Counted from the stretch's first letter, positions 24,759 through 39,150 are shown. The stretch: DNA of 64,000 nucleotides from Syncephalis fuscata S228 (GCA_025786725.1 JAHLTZ010000064.1:4706-68705); one strand, 5' to 3'. Numbers and translations: made by a program. Notes: generated by a model from the sequence alone, not told the origin.

Positions 24759-25602
24759 GTCATCAAAAATACTCATCATCGTAAATGTATTATCCAGTAT
24801 GCATATATTCATATTATTACATAGTATTATATTACTGGAGGGCTAGTAGCGCACATAGCCACTACAGTTATTGTATTGGCAATTGTGCGCATATATCAGT
24901 AGCAACAGTAGTAGATTGCATTATCATACTGACCTTGAAGGTTTACACATTGAATATACTAGCAGCACATTCTACTACTACTGTATGTATACAGAAATTG
25001 TAGACAAGTGTGGCGATTATATGCTGCCAGAGTCATTGTATGTTCTGTTTTGCCATAGATTATCACTGCAGCTAATGCTAATAGCGGTTTTTACTATCTT
25101 GACAGTAGCAAATCGCATGATCACTATTGAAATCACACATGCTGCTGTCAGATGGCATGCCATTAGAATTTATAGCAAAAGAAAAGTGTACAAAGAGAGT
25201 TCACAGTATATGCGCAACATAACATACAAATAAGCCAAAACGTACTTACTGTGTTAAAGAAGCTGCCAGTACTAATAATCGAAATAAAGATGATGATTAG
25301 CAAATAAGGCAAGATTACAAAAGAGCAATACAAAAGAGTAATGTAAATAGTGTTTGTAGTTAGCTATTAGTCAGTCAAATACTGACACTATCTAACTGGT
25401 ATATATGGAATGTACAAGCATATGCAATGGATATATGATGTCAAGTATGAAGAAAGAGAAAGGAAATGTGATGACGTAGATTGTATGTTATATTGTTAAC
25501 ATGAATGAATTAAAACAATGATGTCATTTGACACTAAAACTATTCATTATCATAGAACGAGTTGTCAGCACAATAATGAGTAATTAAAAAGAGTTATAAC
25601 AT
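24759..25602 (+). repeat. Partial/mosaic copy of repeat family B
   Basis: 25240-25602 is near-identical to ~20942-21304 and ~43585-43950. 25010-25240 is a diverged version of ~20750-20940. 24759-24810 matches the motif at ~47115-47175. Confidence 0.85.
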
Positions 25603-25878
25603 TAAATACCATTTAATAAAGCTTATTAAAAGTAGATTTATAAATATATTAAAATGATTGACGATGCTTAGTATACATTCATTCCAGAGTACAAATAACA
25701 ATTATAAAGCATCATTTATTAATCCACTATAAAATATTTATTATCTTTCGTTCAATTGTTATTTGTATTATCAGAACATTTTCTCGATCAACAACAAAAA
25801 AGATAACTTAGATAGAAATGACAAATCAATCACAGCATACCAGCCATAATATGGCAATACCGCCACTACTTTGCACAA

Positions 25879-27872
25879 CTATCGGCCATATTGAGGCGGA
25901 CTAGGCGGTGATCTTTGTGGATCATAAGTATTGATACTTGAATTTCTAGTTACAGGTACAATAATTACAGACTCTGCATGGGTCTCTGTATCGGATACGG
26001 CCGATATTGACGAATCAAAATGATGTAGCGGATCGTTTGGAGATAAATGCGACCGCCGATCCTGTCCTTGGCGGTAGTCAAAGTAGCTACGTGTCGACGT
26101 ATTCGTCATAAAAGTGGTGTAGTTGCCCAAATTCCCGCTATGTTGATACGGCGGTACACCAAGGTTTGATATACGGAGTGATGCGGTCCGTTGCGTCAAT
26201 GGCCGCTGAGCACCCTGATAGGAATAGGCACGTGGTGCGCCAAAGTTTGAATTGCGAGAAGCTGCACTTGCTGCAACAATGCCAGACGTATGCCAAGTAT
26301 GTCGATCCACCGGTACATCAGTGGGCGAATGCTCAGACAATGCCTTACTGCTGTATTTACTATTCCGTGACTGTGGAGTAGCTGGCACCGGCTGCTTCTC
26401 ACTAAGCCATGGCGATTTTTCGTATTTCTGGGCTGAGCCAGCCAGTGAAACAAAGCTTAGTGGCAGCATACCAATCTCGCCTGTTGTATAGTTGCAGCCA
26501 TGGGCCCAATCATCCGAAAAGATTTGATCGACCTCAATAACATCGCCCACTTCAATAAGCATTTCATCTTCTAGATTGGGCAAGTAGGCAAATATGGCCC
26601 GGTAGATTTGATTTGGTTGCTTATTGCGATTCAGCGTTTGGTTTTTGTTTTGTCTGAAGCGCCATAGAACAAATGCTGCGATAATCACAACTGCGGCAGC
26701 ACAGGCACAGATAATTAGTATGTAATTTGTTTTCTGGCGCTCGTCACTCGTGCCTTGGATCTTGACTAAAGTGCACGATTTAATAGTATCGTCAATCTTT
26801 GTACAGCATGGATCATCATTGTGTTTGTAGCAGTATTCGCAGGCAGTATCTTTATTGGCTGGCAACATAAATCCTATACAAGCATAGATAAATTATCTGT
26901 AAGTAGTATAATATGCTTTAACTTACCGCATGTATTGGGCTCGTTCAAATCACCACGAATACAAACTCCAGGCTGGCCTCTAACAAAGTCTTTGTCACAA
27001 AATTGCAAAAGCTCCTCTTGCCTAGTTTTAAACCATTTGCCACTGGACGGACACACCGACTTGTCCTTTATTATGCTAATCCAATCGTTGACATAACCAT
27101 CGCATGTATTTCTACAAACAGATAGCGGCCCTCTTCTGCCATCGTTTGTAGTTGACTTTTGATCAGTATCTTTTGTGGAATTAACAGACTTTTTCGAACA
27201 ATTGATGGCTTCATTTGAATTCGCAATCTCTCCACAAGCAATAGTAGTTGAGAACCTTGGCAGTAGATCCAGTCTCCAGTTTGTGCAGTTCATCGCCCAT
27301 AAATTGGCATGCATAGGCTCATCTTCAGCATTAAGTACGGACGCGAGCGCTTTGTCAAAGTCTTTTGAATTTTTGACGGTCATATTGCCTATTTTATAGG
27401 TGACGGGTAACAGTGCACTGCCAAATTGTGGACATAATTTGGATTCAGCCAAACTAAAGCATTCACTAGCGTCGTCATTTGGTTTGGTAGTGGGTGTGCT
27501 TTTTGCCACACTGTCCGTCGAAGTACTTGTTGGTGTACTTTTTGTTGCGCCGTCAGTTGAAGTACCTGTTGGTGCACTTTTTATAACAACAGCGTCACTC
27601 AAAATATTTGGTGGTATACTATTCGCAAAAGTACTGGTGGGTGCTCTATTGGCTGGGCCATTGGGTGGCGGCGCAGTAGGTGTTGGTGTAGGACGTGGTG
27701 GTGAAGTAGATGCGGATTGCCGACGAACAAGTACAATTGGATTATGTACTTTACTGGCAGCAACTTCAAATGTGAAGCCAAATAATATTGCTAGAACAAG
27801 CACTACTATTAATTGACCAATAAAAATCTTTTTACGCCTCTTTACTTTTGAGTAAAGGTTTGCTGCAATCAT
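25879..27872 (-). CDS. Membrane protein: Cys-rich extracellular domain, TM helix, SH3 domain; 2 exons
   Basis: ORFs 27872-26874 and 26868-25879 are joined by GT-AG intron 26926-26874 (..NTCG/FMLP..). Features: N-terminal hydrophobic segment, Pro/Thr stalk, Cys-rich region, TM YILIICACAAAVVIIAAFVLW and SH3 YRAIFAYLPNLEDEM..DDWAHG..GMLPLSFV. Confidence 0.88.
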
Positions 27873-29189
27873 AGTCGTAATAGACGGTGATAAAAAGTTA
27901 CAAAGGCAATTGAAGGTGTCGTTATATATAAAATAAACGTACGTATATCACTAGAGTGAAAGTAATTGTTTTAAATACACGATATCAAGAAATTGCTGTA
28001 CAATACGTAGTGTTATTGTTGTTAGATGAAGAATCGCTGTATAGATACAGTCGTTGCAAAGTACCGATAACTGAGATGAGAATGCTAACTATGCTGAATA
28101 CTACACTGTAATAGATAGGTAGTTTAAATGCAATGCTAAATGAGAAAATGCTAATAGAAATGCTGAAATGCAAAAATAAACAAGACTACGTCAACAATAT
28201 GCTATGCAGAAGATGTAGGAAAGAAGGCTGTCAATAAATCAGGCTATTATTTACGACTTTGTACTGTCCACTATTAACTCCAATGGCCAAAACTGGAGGA
28301 ATAAGACGTATGAGCAATGAGGCCTTTGTTGTTGTAAAAAAGTGTGTTTGTACAGTAATACAAATAGGCAAATGAGCTGGCGAGCAGGCATTGTTTTTTA
28401 TTGTTCCTACACGCTGGCATGGCAGTCCATAGGCCGATTTTCGTTAAAATAGTTGCAAAGTCTATTTGCAATAAATGATTTCTATAAATAAAATAGTATT
28501 ATTATTTTCATTATTATTATTATTGCTATGTCTATTGGTGTTCATGGTCAATAATTATAATATTAATTAGGCAATCAGTGCATTACCAAACATTATATTT
28601 ATTATTGGATCTTGTCCATCTGTTCTGCAAATGATTTACGATAAACATGATTGTTATCAATTCAATTTAAAAAGATTATCAACACAATGCCATTTATGTT
28701 CAACAGCACATGGCATGGAAAAAAGTAATTAAAAAATAGCACTTATCTTGAAACTGTTTTACCATTGCCCGTATCACAAACGACAGTCATGTAACGATAG
28801 TGAGATAATGACGATAATGGCTTGGTGTCGCTGTTAATAGGCAGTGTCAGTTCCGACTATCAGTAAAGTACCGCTGATTCACGTGGTGATTACCGGGAAA
28901 TTTTGAATTGCTAATTTGCTAAAAGAAAAAAGATACCGTCAATATAGATAGGGTGATGGAATCATTGATAGCAACCTATATAGATAATGAATCATGCTAG
29001 ATAGAACTGATCGATAAGTATTGGCCGATAGCTAGGATACGTGTTATTGATACTATCTATTGGTTGGGGACTGTTGGCTATTAGCTTGTTATATAAATAC
29101 GCTGGTATAATTGTATTATTGCTACTATTACCACTACTACTACTACTAGTTCATACACATCGTAACTAAAGCTTTATTTGATTAATATC

Positions 29190-29303
29190 ATGGTCGTCTA
29201 TTACTCATCGTATCCATTCCCCGGCTTCTTTAGCTGGCTGCGCAAGTCCAAGACCACACCCAGCAGGCCGGAGTCACCAACAAGCCACAAGGATTGCGAA
29301 TAA
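29190..29303 (+). CDS. Putative 37-aa small protein MVVYYSSYPFPGFFSWLRKSKTTPSRPESPTSHKDCE
   Basis: GC-rich island exactly bounded by ATG 29190 and TAA 29301-29303. TATAAA at 29092 and AATAAA at 29449. Confidence 0.55.
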   Translation: MVVYYSSYPFPGFFSWLRKSKTTPSRPESPTSHKDCE

Positions 29304-29613
29304 CTTTGTTAAAATACCACTCATTTTGCAACTATCTAAACCGCTTTAATTCATCGGTTACACCAATGCTATTCATATTAACACACTATATCATATTCAC
29401 ATTATAACAATTTGCGACTCATACAATATTCAACTATGTTTATTACGCAATAAACAAGTAAAAAAAATTTTATTTTATCCTTAGATTAGGTAATATATAT
29501 GTAATGTTCATTGCAGTTATTAGAATGTGTTAATGCTGTCTGTTTTACTCTGAAAAGTATTATACTGATTCTGTACATTATAACATTGCTTAAACAACAC
29601 ATCGAATTGACAC

Positions 29614-30405
29614 TTAGCTTGCAGGAGTTGCTTTCCAGCTAGTGTAGAACTGGGCGATTGCTGCAATGGTGCCAAAGATGCCTACACCAATATCTGGAAA
29701 TGATGAGCTTTCCAACGACCAGTGCACAGTCAAAGGCAAATATGAAGTATTAATGAGAGCATTGATGGCCAATCGTTTGCGATCTGCTTGCAGCTGACGA
29801 AGCGGGCCTTCCTGCTCACCGGTATTGTCGCTATCGCCTGACTCTTTGACCAAACGCTGTTCACGACGCTTCAGCTGTTTATATTCATCCCAAAGCCGTA
29901 CAAACTCCAAAATTACATAGGCCGCCCAGAATCGACACGACCAATATCCAACCTTGTCCATTGTTTTCGACTCGGCTGGTATTACGTTATGTAGCATAAG
30001 CCAATAGGCATGCTCGAGTGGATAGTAGATGGCGTTGCATAGACATTGCACACGTTCAATAGTGTGGCTCAACTTTTGAGCGGGTGCAGGCTCTGTCGTC
30101 TCAAGCTGTATCCAGTATTTGATGAGCGGTAACAAGCCATAGTATCGCAATAGAATGCGAAAATCTGATATAGGCCCCGATAAATTGGTTACGCGTAGCG
30201 CATGTTTCTCGTTGCCGTGTCGCTGAAAGTGCCAGAATACAATTTTACTCGCATATTGCACCACCTATTGAATTGTTATTGTGGTGTACGGACAACGGCA
30301 GTAATTAAACAAACAACTTACCATAAGCGTTTTGTCGGTGCCATTGACCGTATTTAAGAATCGGACAACACGGTCGAGTTTGGCAAGTAGCTTTTTGGTT
30401 TCCAT
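29614..30405 (-). CDS. PEX11: Peroxisomal membrane protein PEX11 family, 2 exons
   Basis: Exon 1 METKKLLAKLDRVVRFLNTVNGTDKTLM (30405-30322), intron 30321-30265. Then VVQY..ISDFRILLRYYGL..YYPLEHAYWL..WSCRFWAAY..LPLTVHWS. Confidence 0.88.
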
Positions 30406-30861
30406 TAGGCGCGATGAGAGAAGTGCACGAAAGAGTACGTGAATAAAGAACGGCAATATAATTCCGGCATATCAATAATATGGACATCACGTGACAATAA
30501 GCCATCATTTCTGATATTATGGCGCTATATAGCTGTTGCTGCTTTTTTGTTTTTATATATAGAATAAAAAATCTTTCACAACCTTGTAATTATCTTTATT
30601 GCAAACATAGCTATATCGATAAGCATGATGAAATGCAATAAGTACGCAATATCCTATTTTATATGGATACCAACTGTTGTATCAATAATGGTCAATGAAT
30701 GAGAGAAATCCTTGGTTTGCTAAGTACTTGAGGTTTATAGAAAATACAATGAAACATTATAAGTTCTATAAACGTGTATAATATTAAAGGTGATGTTGTA
30801 AAGCATGCTATGTTCAAAATATTTAATTACGTTATTTGTGTGCCAATCCGCACACAATTAC

Positions 30862-32488
30862 AACAATATTGAATCACAAAGTAATAGATCTGACAAAATA
30901 TCTTAATTTTGGAGCTGTAATGATATACTAAGATTGATTTGCAGACTAGCAAGGATGCATATGGAATTTGCCATCGTCAAATGCTAATTTCACAACTTGT
31001 CCTATTGTAGTTTTAGCGCGTGTATCTAGCATAAAACATTTCCATTATTGCCAAATAAATCATTTGTGCATCAATATTGCTGCTGATCGATACTATTACA
31101 TTGTTGCTGCACGCTCAAATCTAATTGCATCTGACTGGACAATCTGATGGGTAGTGGCATTACATACCAATCAGTTGTTCACTGATCATATTCCATACAT
31201 CATGCATCCAACAACCTGTGCTAACAAAGGGTAAATGGCATTGTGTATTAATCAAATATACACTAACCATATGCTATGCACTGTGCGTTGAATAGTCTGC
31301 AATAATGGGTCATAATAATATTAAATATTGCCACTTTATACGCTAATTATATGGTATGCATTCTACATATTCATAAACATAGAATAACCAGTATTCTAAA
31401 ACATCGGCACTGGTAATACAACTGGGCTACTAGTACCATATGCTTTAGATATGAATTCGACACCAACCAAGACCATTTGGCAACTGTTGTCTAGTCCGTT
31501 TATACGCCAGGGTTTAGCCAATGGGGCTATTCAACTTTTAATCATGCTGTATGTTGCAAACAAAATTGCATTAATTATATTTATTCGGCTATGCAAACTA
31601 TTAGTAATAAACACATGGTTTCTTTTAATTACATATAACTATACTACTATGTCTATGGCCATGTTTAATTTGCATCCAGTGGCTAGTAAACATTAAGCAA
31701 AGCAACATACTTTTGCTTTAATTCTATTTTACTTTATTTTCTTGAATATGAGCCATTGTATCATATTATTTGCAGCTTAGCTTTTTTAACTGATGATGTG
31801 CACCATGTTTTGTTAAATTGCTTATTATTAGGCAGATACGATACTTTTGTAAAAAGCCTTATGGATATACCATTGTCTAGCACACTTTCTCAAACTCAAG
31901 TACACTAATACTATTACTTGCCCATAAGAAGTATCAACAGTATTATAATACAAAAATATTAGCATAGACAATTTAAATTGCGAATTGTTTATCTTTTGTT
32001 TATTATTATTGATGGCTGGAATAGTAACAGCATATCTGGCTATGTTGGGCAGCATTGCACTCTGTTGTTATTTTGTCTTTATAAACAATATATTAGCCAT
32101 TTAGTATGGTATGGAATCAAATGTGTTTATTGATAATTTTTTAGTAAACGTGAGTTACTTTATAGATATTCAAATATAATAACAAAATATAGACGCATTA
32201 TTAATAGATTTGTAAATATCACTAGTCATAGTGTGGTATAATCACATTGTTATACAGCATAATGATGACCAACTAATTACCAGGTCTACGTATTGCTACA
32301 TGTTATAAGTTGCGATATAATCATTGCCAAATACTTGATCCAATATAAATTGCATACTTGACTTTTCCCTTTGTTCTATTTTGCATTATATCAAAGATGT
32401 AGTCGTAAGCCATGATTCTAGAAGCTTTTATTTTTACATTATGTCCCGTGTCTTTGTTAATATAAAGTAGAATAATTTGCTTATATTT
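30862..32488 (+). repeat. Dispersed repeat A, copy 2
   Basis: Near-identical to 903-2533, same orientation. Confidence 0.95.
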
Positions 32489-32868
32489 CGTAACCTCTAT
32501 TATGCTGCTATTTTCCTTCAATCACTAATTAGTATTCTAATGCAACCACTGTGGCATTCGACAAAACGTCACAATACTTAACAACCTAACTGTAGGATTG
32601 ATTAGAAAATAATTAGCAAATACATGCTATTTATTTAAATAAAGCAATACAATCAATTAAAATAGTGGTGTCAAAAGCCATCATTGTACTCATTGTATAC
32701 ATTTTATTATAATGATGTTAATTTGGTAAATATGTTTTAAAATATCTATATACGGAAGATAAACAGCAGCCATTTGAAAGTAAATTAACAAATAAAATAA
32801 AAAGCAAACAATGGTTTTGTTTGACTAGTGTTCTAATTTTGAATCAATTATATGATTATAATTTACTT

Positions 32869-34927
32869 CTATTGATAATAAATTTCTTGTTGTTCTGGTA
32901 ATTGAATATTTTGATAGCCACATAGTTGAGGCCATCGTCTTTTTCTAGAAGCTCGCCAATCAAGAAAGCGAGGAAATGTTTTACTGTACATTTGTTGTAT
33001 AACCTGCTCGACTGCCTGGTCAAAAACACTTGCATCGGCAGTACCACGTGCAAAACGCTCTTCAATATATTCTCGTGTTACCACATCTAGTTGCACTTGA
33101 TAACCAGCGTTTTGTCGAACAAAGGTTACATAGATACGAGCAAGATCCTCTCGTATATAGGGGGGTAGTGACATTTCCGCCGCAATAAAAGGCTCCGCAC
33201 GTTGACGCACACGAGCACAGCGGTGGTAAAATAGTACATTTTCAACGGTAAATTCCATTACCGTAAAGTTTTTTAGCTAAATAGTAATTGTAAACAGAGC
33301 TTAGTAAGTCAGCTAACTATTGCACTTGGCATATTGCTTACCAGTTCTAACTCGGCAGGATTTTGCAAAAGTGCCCTAAAAGCAAGTTCTGACGTATCGT
33401 GCGATTTACGCTGTAATTCCATAAACGCCAATATAATCGGATAAATAATTGTAATGATGTAGGCAATAAAAATACCGATGGCCATTACAAGGTAAGCATA
33501 GCGTCGTGCTGACACTGCTAAGCCTGGGACAAATTGCAAGATGCGGATGCTGATTTGAAATGGCAGCTGGATAGACCAAAGTAATAGCATTTCGAGCCGC
33601 ATACCAAAAACGTCACGACTATAATAGAGTGACCAAAAAGAAAACGGGATAAGAATACAGGATAAAACATCTGTAGTAAGTTCAACAGCCACAAACTGCC
33701 AGCGATTAAAGCAGGTTTCATAAGGCTGCAACTCTATCGGCGCAGAAAAGTGCCAAAAGGCCATTACAATGGTTGTTTGCAGTAGTATTATAGTCACAAC
33801 ATAGTACAAGATCCAACGCAATGTAAGATAGTATCGGTACTCCCGCACAAGATCTATAAAAACTCGGCCCGTAAACATAATAGCAATTATATTTTGATTA
33901 ACATCAGGCAGTGACCCATTTTGCGTCGATCCTGACCAACGACTATTATAACTACTGTTGCTATTTTCACTGGTCATCCAGCACATACCGAACCGATTTA
34001 ACGTGGGTGCCGAATCCATACTAATGATGGTATCACGTTTATTGGTATACGGCCCATGACTGACGCCTGATACTTGATCGTCATAGGTAAATTGCGCCTT
34101 TAATGAACAGGCCGACGCTGCAGAAAGTGGTCGGCCCACGTGTCGGCTACCACCACTGCTGCCCATCGTCGTAGTGGTGGCCGCTTTTGTACCATTAACG
34201 TAAGCAGAGCGAGTTTTCATCGCTCTAGCTGATCGGGTCGCCCCACAAAGCTCCATGGCCGTTTGTAATTCACTATCGTAAGCGGCATCAAGCGACATGG
34301 CTCGTCGCTCATCGCTAAGGGAGCGCCATAGGCGATTATCACTATCGTAACTATTAGTGTTCACGGTATGGCTATTACTAGCGTTAAAAGCACTCATAGT
34401 ATGGTCCGCCTTGTTTGCGGTGGCCGCCAATTCTTGTACAAAATTGATTGGCCCACCACTATGTCGACGTAAATTAACATGGCCCAACGCCATTGACCGA
34501 TCACTTCTTACCGTCGGATTGGAACGACGCCACCGTATTTCACTATCCAAAAATAGTATAAGTAAATTTAGTACACGGCCACCATAAGTCACTACCCAGG
34601 TCGGCATTAACGTGCCAAGTACTAGATAGTTGATATAGCAGCCAGAACCATCCATCGGTAGTGTTTGCCGACTAATAGAATAGAATATTAGCAGCGCGCA
34701 GATCACCAACATCATTAGACTAAGGGTCAAGCTGCGATGCCGAATATACGGTTCATGGCGTAAATAGACCAACAATCCACCGCTAATCACTACAAGTACG
34801 CTAATACCAATGAACCAGTAAAGGTCAAGTGGATATCAGTCAGCGTACTAATTTCCGGTATAAATTGCCAATCTTTATTTGATATCAACGATGTCGATGG
34901 TGCTGACCATAGCGCTGACGATGTCAT
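32869..34927 (-). CDS. Multi-TM (GPCR-like) protein with C-terminal RGS domain; apparent 1-nt frameshift near 34791
   Basis: Hydrophobic helices with a long loop in ORF 34790-33309. Intron 33341-33277 joins to LKNFTVMEFTVENVLFY..IYVTFVRQNAGYQVQLD..VFDQAVEQVIQQMYSKTFPRFL (RGS). TM1 begins in the adjacent frame (..GSLVLAYL/VISGGLL). Confidence 0.8.
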
Positions 34928-35380
34928 GTCCCTATCTAACCCTCGAACAATACAATAACTGCAGCAGTAATAATAGTAGTAGTAATAACAATTATACAAA
35001 CAACAAAGAAGTAAAAGTAGCAATGTAGGCTTAGATGCGTTTATTTCAACGTTGTTATCAACCATGTCGCGCTTTGCCGACAATGGCTGCAAGTACGATG
35101 CAACATGCATAGAACATTGCGCACGCCCACTCCCATGCATAATTGTTTTCCCATCTGCTGGTAAAAAAAACCTGCCTGTGCTTATTTATTTCCGTGGCCA
35201 TTATATGATTCAGCCTGAACTATTAACAACAACAACAACAAACTCTAGCCTTGATAGATACACATTCATACTGATGCACGCATAAACAAGTAAGTTGCAT
35301 ATTTTTATTGCAAGAGCCATTAAATGACTCCATTGTTGTTATTACTATTATTACTATTCTCTATTTATTACTAACTCGAT

Positions 35381-38107
35381 TTAACGTCGACGACGACCTT
35401 GATTGCTCATAAGTACAAGTGTTTTCTTGCCTTTACGATTGGTGCGTGTCTCTTCTGGAATGTCCATGGTCCATGCACTTAGCCGTTGTTCGTGTTGGCG
35501 ACTAACTGCCTCGGTGGCCGATGTGCGTAGTGCACTGGCAAAAGAAAACTGCTGATTGGCTGTTGAAGTTCCTTCCATGGTCGAGTTGGCATCACTGGCT
35601 GCACTGGCCCAAGCTTCACGGACAGCAGCAGCATCGTCTGAGGATGTGGTTGTTGTGGTTGTTGCTGTTGCATCTGTATAGACCAGTGAAGGCGCAGGGA
35701 AGTGACTTGCATCGTAATCTATTGGATGATTATTAATGGCACTGCCACCATGCTGTTGGGCCATAACACGTTCAATACGTGCTTGTTCTCGTCGTTCTCG
35801 TCGCTGTTTTGACTTGAAGCGTTGCTTTCGCTCACGTAATGCCGCTACATTAAAAAGTAAATAAATGATGGTGTAAAATAACAAGTAAAACTTACCTGTA
35901 AATTTACTCAATGTCTGCGATGAAATAAGACTTGGCAGATCAATATCAATAAACGTAACATCACAGCCAAGTGGTAAATGGCTAAGAAATTTAAATCTTT
36001 TTCTCAATTCCTAATAGCAAATACTGATTAATAATCAATAATACACTATAATCCATGTCTATGATAAATACCTCAGTTACCGTCGACTCTTCACAGCTAA
36101 GTGGCGTCACTTGAATCATTTCAGGTAGCTTTTCTGGTTGATTGTCATATTCTTGACGCAATGCCCGCATATACAGTGGATGCAAAAAGATATAACGTCC
36201 ATCTTCACTTTGATAAAAGTAAAAGTCTTCTGCTGCTGATCCTTTAGTATTTGCCGTTGTTGTTGCTGCTTCATCGCCTGTTACTTGTGGCGATGAAGGT
36301 GATGACGGCGTTAATGGTTCCTTCATCGATGCCGAATCACTGTGCAAAGAACATTTATTTACAAATGATTCAAATGGATGACCATCATCCTCGTCGGCTG
36401 ATTGTTTCCAATTGATATTCGGTGTCTATATTATGTAGTAAACTGTATTTAGTATACACACTAGCTGATTAATCATTTATCGCTACTTACAATGGGCAGC
36501 TTTGTATCTGCATTCTCATCAGAAGTATTTAATGTTATTGCTGATTCCATTGACAATTTACGCTCTTGTTTTGACTGTTGCCAGAACTTGCGCATCTTTT
36601 CGAATGCATACTCCATATTAGCAACCCATTGCTCTTGTACATTTTGTTTCTTTTCCTATTGGATGATGTCATGCGTCAGTTATCATATTTCTGCATAGAC
36701 TTTGTACCGCTGCCTACACGAATGATCGCAATGGCCGCCTCCAAATAAGGAACTTCCTCGGGTGCCTGCCAAGCATCTGTCTCTTTAATGGCCGTTTGTA
36801 GCGCGGCCAATTCAATATCCAGTTCTATTTTATACCGATCCCGTGATGCCAAAGCAATTTTACTGAATTGTAGTGCATTTGGATGAGCATCCCATGGTAA
36901 TAATGCATGATTTGACGCGATACGAAGTGTATGCGGAAAGTTGCGAGGCAGTTGCGATTCATGAGGCAATGCAAAAATACTTGTCTATTAATAAATCAGC
37001 CATTACTAATTAATCATTATTAATTACAATTTGTTAAACTTACCAGATCCCTTTGAATGAGTCGCATACGTATTGTTTCATTAGTTCTAGAGGTAGTGCC
37101 ATCATCATTATTTGATAGATGCTGTTGTACAGATGCCATATTCTGTCCATTGACAAATACTACACCGCGTAATGCATTCTTCATAATTGGATCCCAACAG
37201 ATGGGACATTTACGCCAATGGCGTCTTGCAACACCAATATCCTCCTCACGCTTTCTGCGCTGCTCATCTTCTGCTGTATTTGTGTCCAAATAGCGTAAAA
37301 CACAATTAAAACAAAACACATGTCCACATCGCGTTACTCGTGGTGCCACTGGTTTTGATAAGCAAATCGGACAACTAGGTTCTTCACTCGTAGTAATAAT
37401 CTAGTTAATTGTTATAAATAATATTGATATAGATACCGATTTATTATACAGTACTTACTACTTGTTCAACATCAGTCCATTCTATTGGCACATCTGGATC
37501 AACAGCTTGTACAGTATAGTCTCCACTTGGACGTACAATAAATCGGAAACTGTTGGCTTATTCAGCTTTCTATTTATGATAGCTGCATAATAAACTTACT
37601 TGGCATTAATAAACCGCTCTTTATTAAACGGCGTATATTGCCCACGACGACGACGTGGTCCCAATAGATTTGATGCCTGACGTGGCGGCAGCGTAAAATT
37701 AAGCATGTGTGTTAACGATACCTGCCCTTTACGGCCAGTTGAGCCGCGTACTATCTGAATAGCAATGTTAGCAGCTGCAGCTACCGTTATCTAAACAGCC
37801 GACTTACCGTTGATTCATCTGATATATGATCTGATGCATCTGATGAGCCTACAGCATCGGTGGCATAGCGTGCAACATTTAAGTGCTGTTGTCCACTTGT
37901 ATGGCGATTTGAATTGCGATTCTGTTCACGATCCTGACCACGTCCACGACCACCACGGCCCCGTCCACGTCCACGTCCACGTCCACGTCCTCTTGATCGG
38001 CTTGAATTCAACTCATTGGTTGTTGCCGCTGATGGTCTGTGTCTCCCTGCGCTGCCTCCAACGTGGCCAGCGCCACCATTGGTGAATACTTCGCCTCTGC
38101 CGTCCAT
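35381..38107 (-). CDS. MAG2: RING E3 ligase RNF10/Mag2-like, multi-exon (start uncertain)
   Basis: VSLTHMLNFTLPPR, FNKERFINANFRFIV, CPICLSKPVAPRVTRCGHVFCFNCVLRYL..WRKCPIC, FYFYQSEDG..IFLHPL, RFKFLSHLP and KGKKTLVLMS. RG-rich N-terminus. Confidence 0.88.
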
Positions 38108-38665
38108 GGCTAACAACCGCAGTTGTTAGCCGACCCCGATAAGACTCGGTAGCAATAAAACGCTCCAACACAGCTGGCAAGCAAGGGCCGAAAGTGACGA
38201 AGCGACCAACGACGATTCGTCACTGCACGCTAACCAACGACGACAAGGGCCAAAACGTTGTGCGTATGTTGGTGTGTGGCTAACTGCGCCAAAGAATCGG
38301 CCGTTAACTTGCCAATGCACAAGCAAACAAGCAAGTAATAGGCAAGCTGTAATATGGATAGACACACTGAAGAATCACAGCAACAATACAGATTATTATG
38401 CGTAAATTATCAACACTGGAACAACGACAAATAAAAAGCAACGTCTACGCAAACAGAAGGAGAAAGTTGAGCCAGCTAACTTGTAGTTGTTACTGGGCTA
38501 AAGTCAAGCTATTGTGGAAGGAATACGTTTAATCGTAGTGAGTCATACTTTTATTCGCTAGCTATTGTTTATCCACACACACAATCTATATGCCTATGTA
38601 CCATTTATTTTACAGACCTGTAGATTAGCCAAATTACTATAAAGCAACACCACTACTTGTACGAC

Positions 38666-39150
38666 ATGCTGAATCTACTCAAAGTAGGTTATTGTTGGTA
38701 ATATTGATTTATAAAACACGCTTATAATTAATATGCTATTGATTTGAAATATAGCGAACGGAACTTACGCTGGTCTCTATCACTACATTATGCCAGTTTC
38801 GGCCACTGTCTACGACATTATCAGCGAGCCTGCGTATTAGACTTGACGATCAAGGCAATTCGGCTTCAGTGCCTGATAAGCCGCAGCCTGTTGATGCAGA
38901 TCTTTGTTGTATGAGTGGGTGTGCCCGATGTGTATGGGACGTTTACGCTGAAGAGATGCAAGCGTACGAGGAAGGATTACGCAAGCTACAAAAGCAATTA
39001 GCGGATGACCATCAGCCAGAACCTCGATTGTTGACACGTCTAATACGTGAGATTGATTCGGGAGCACTATCAAGCGATGTAGGAGGACCTGATGCATCAA
39101 TGCGGGCTTTTATTCAGATGGAACAGAAATTAAAACAAAATACTTCTTAA
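38666..39150 (+). CDS. Oxidoreductase-like domain protein (OXLD1-like), 2 exons
   Basis: MLNLLK (38666-38683), intron 38684-38754, in frame with PDKPQP..CCMSGCARCVWDVYAEE and MRAFIQMEQKL. Confidence 0.82.
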
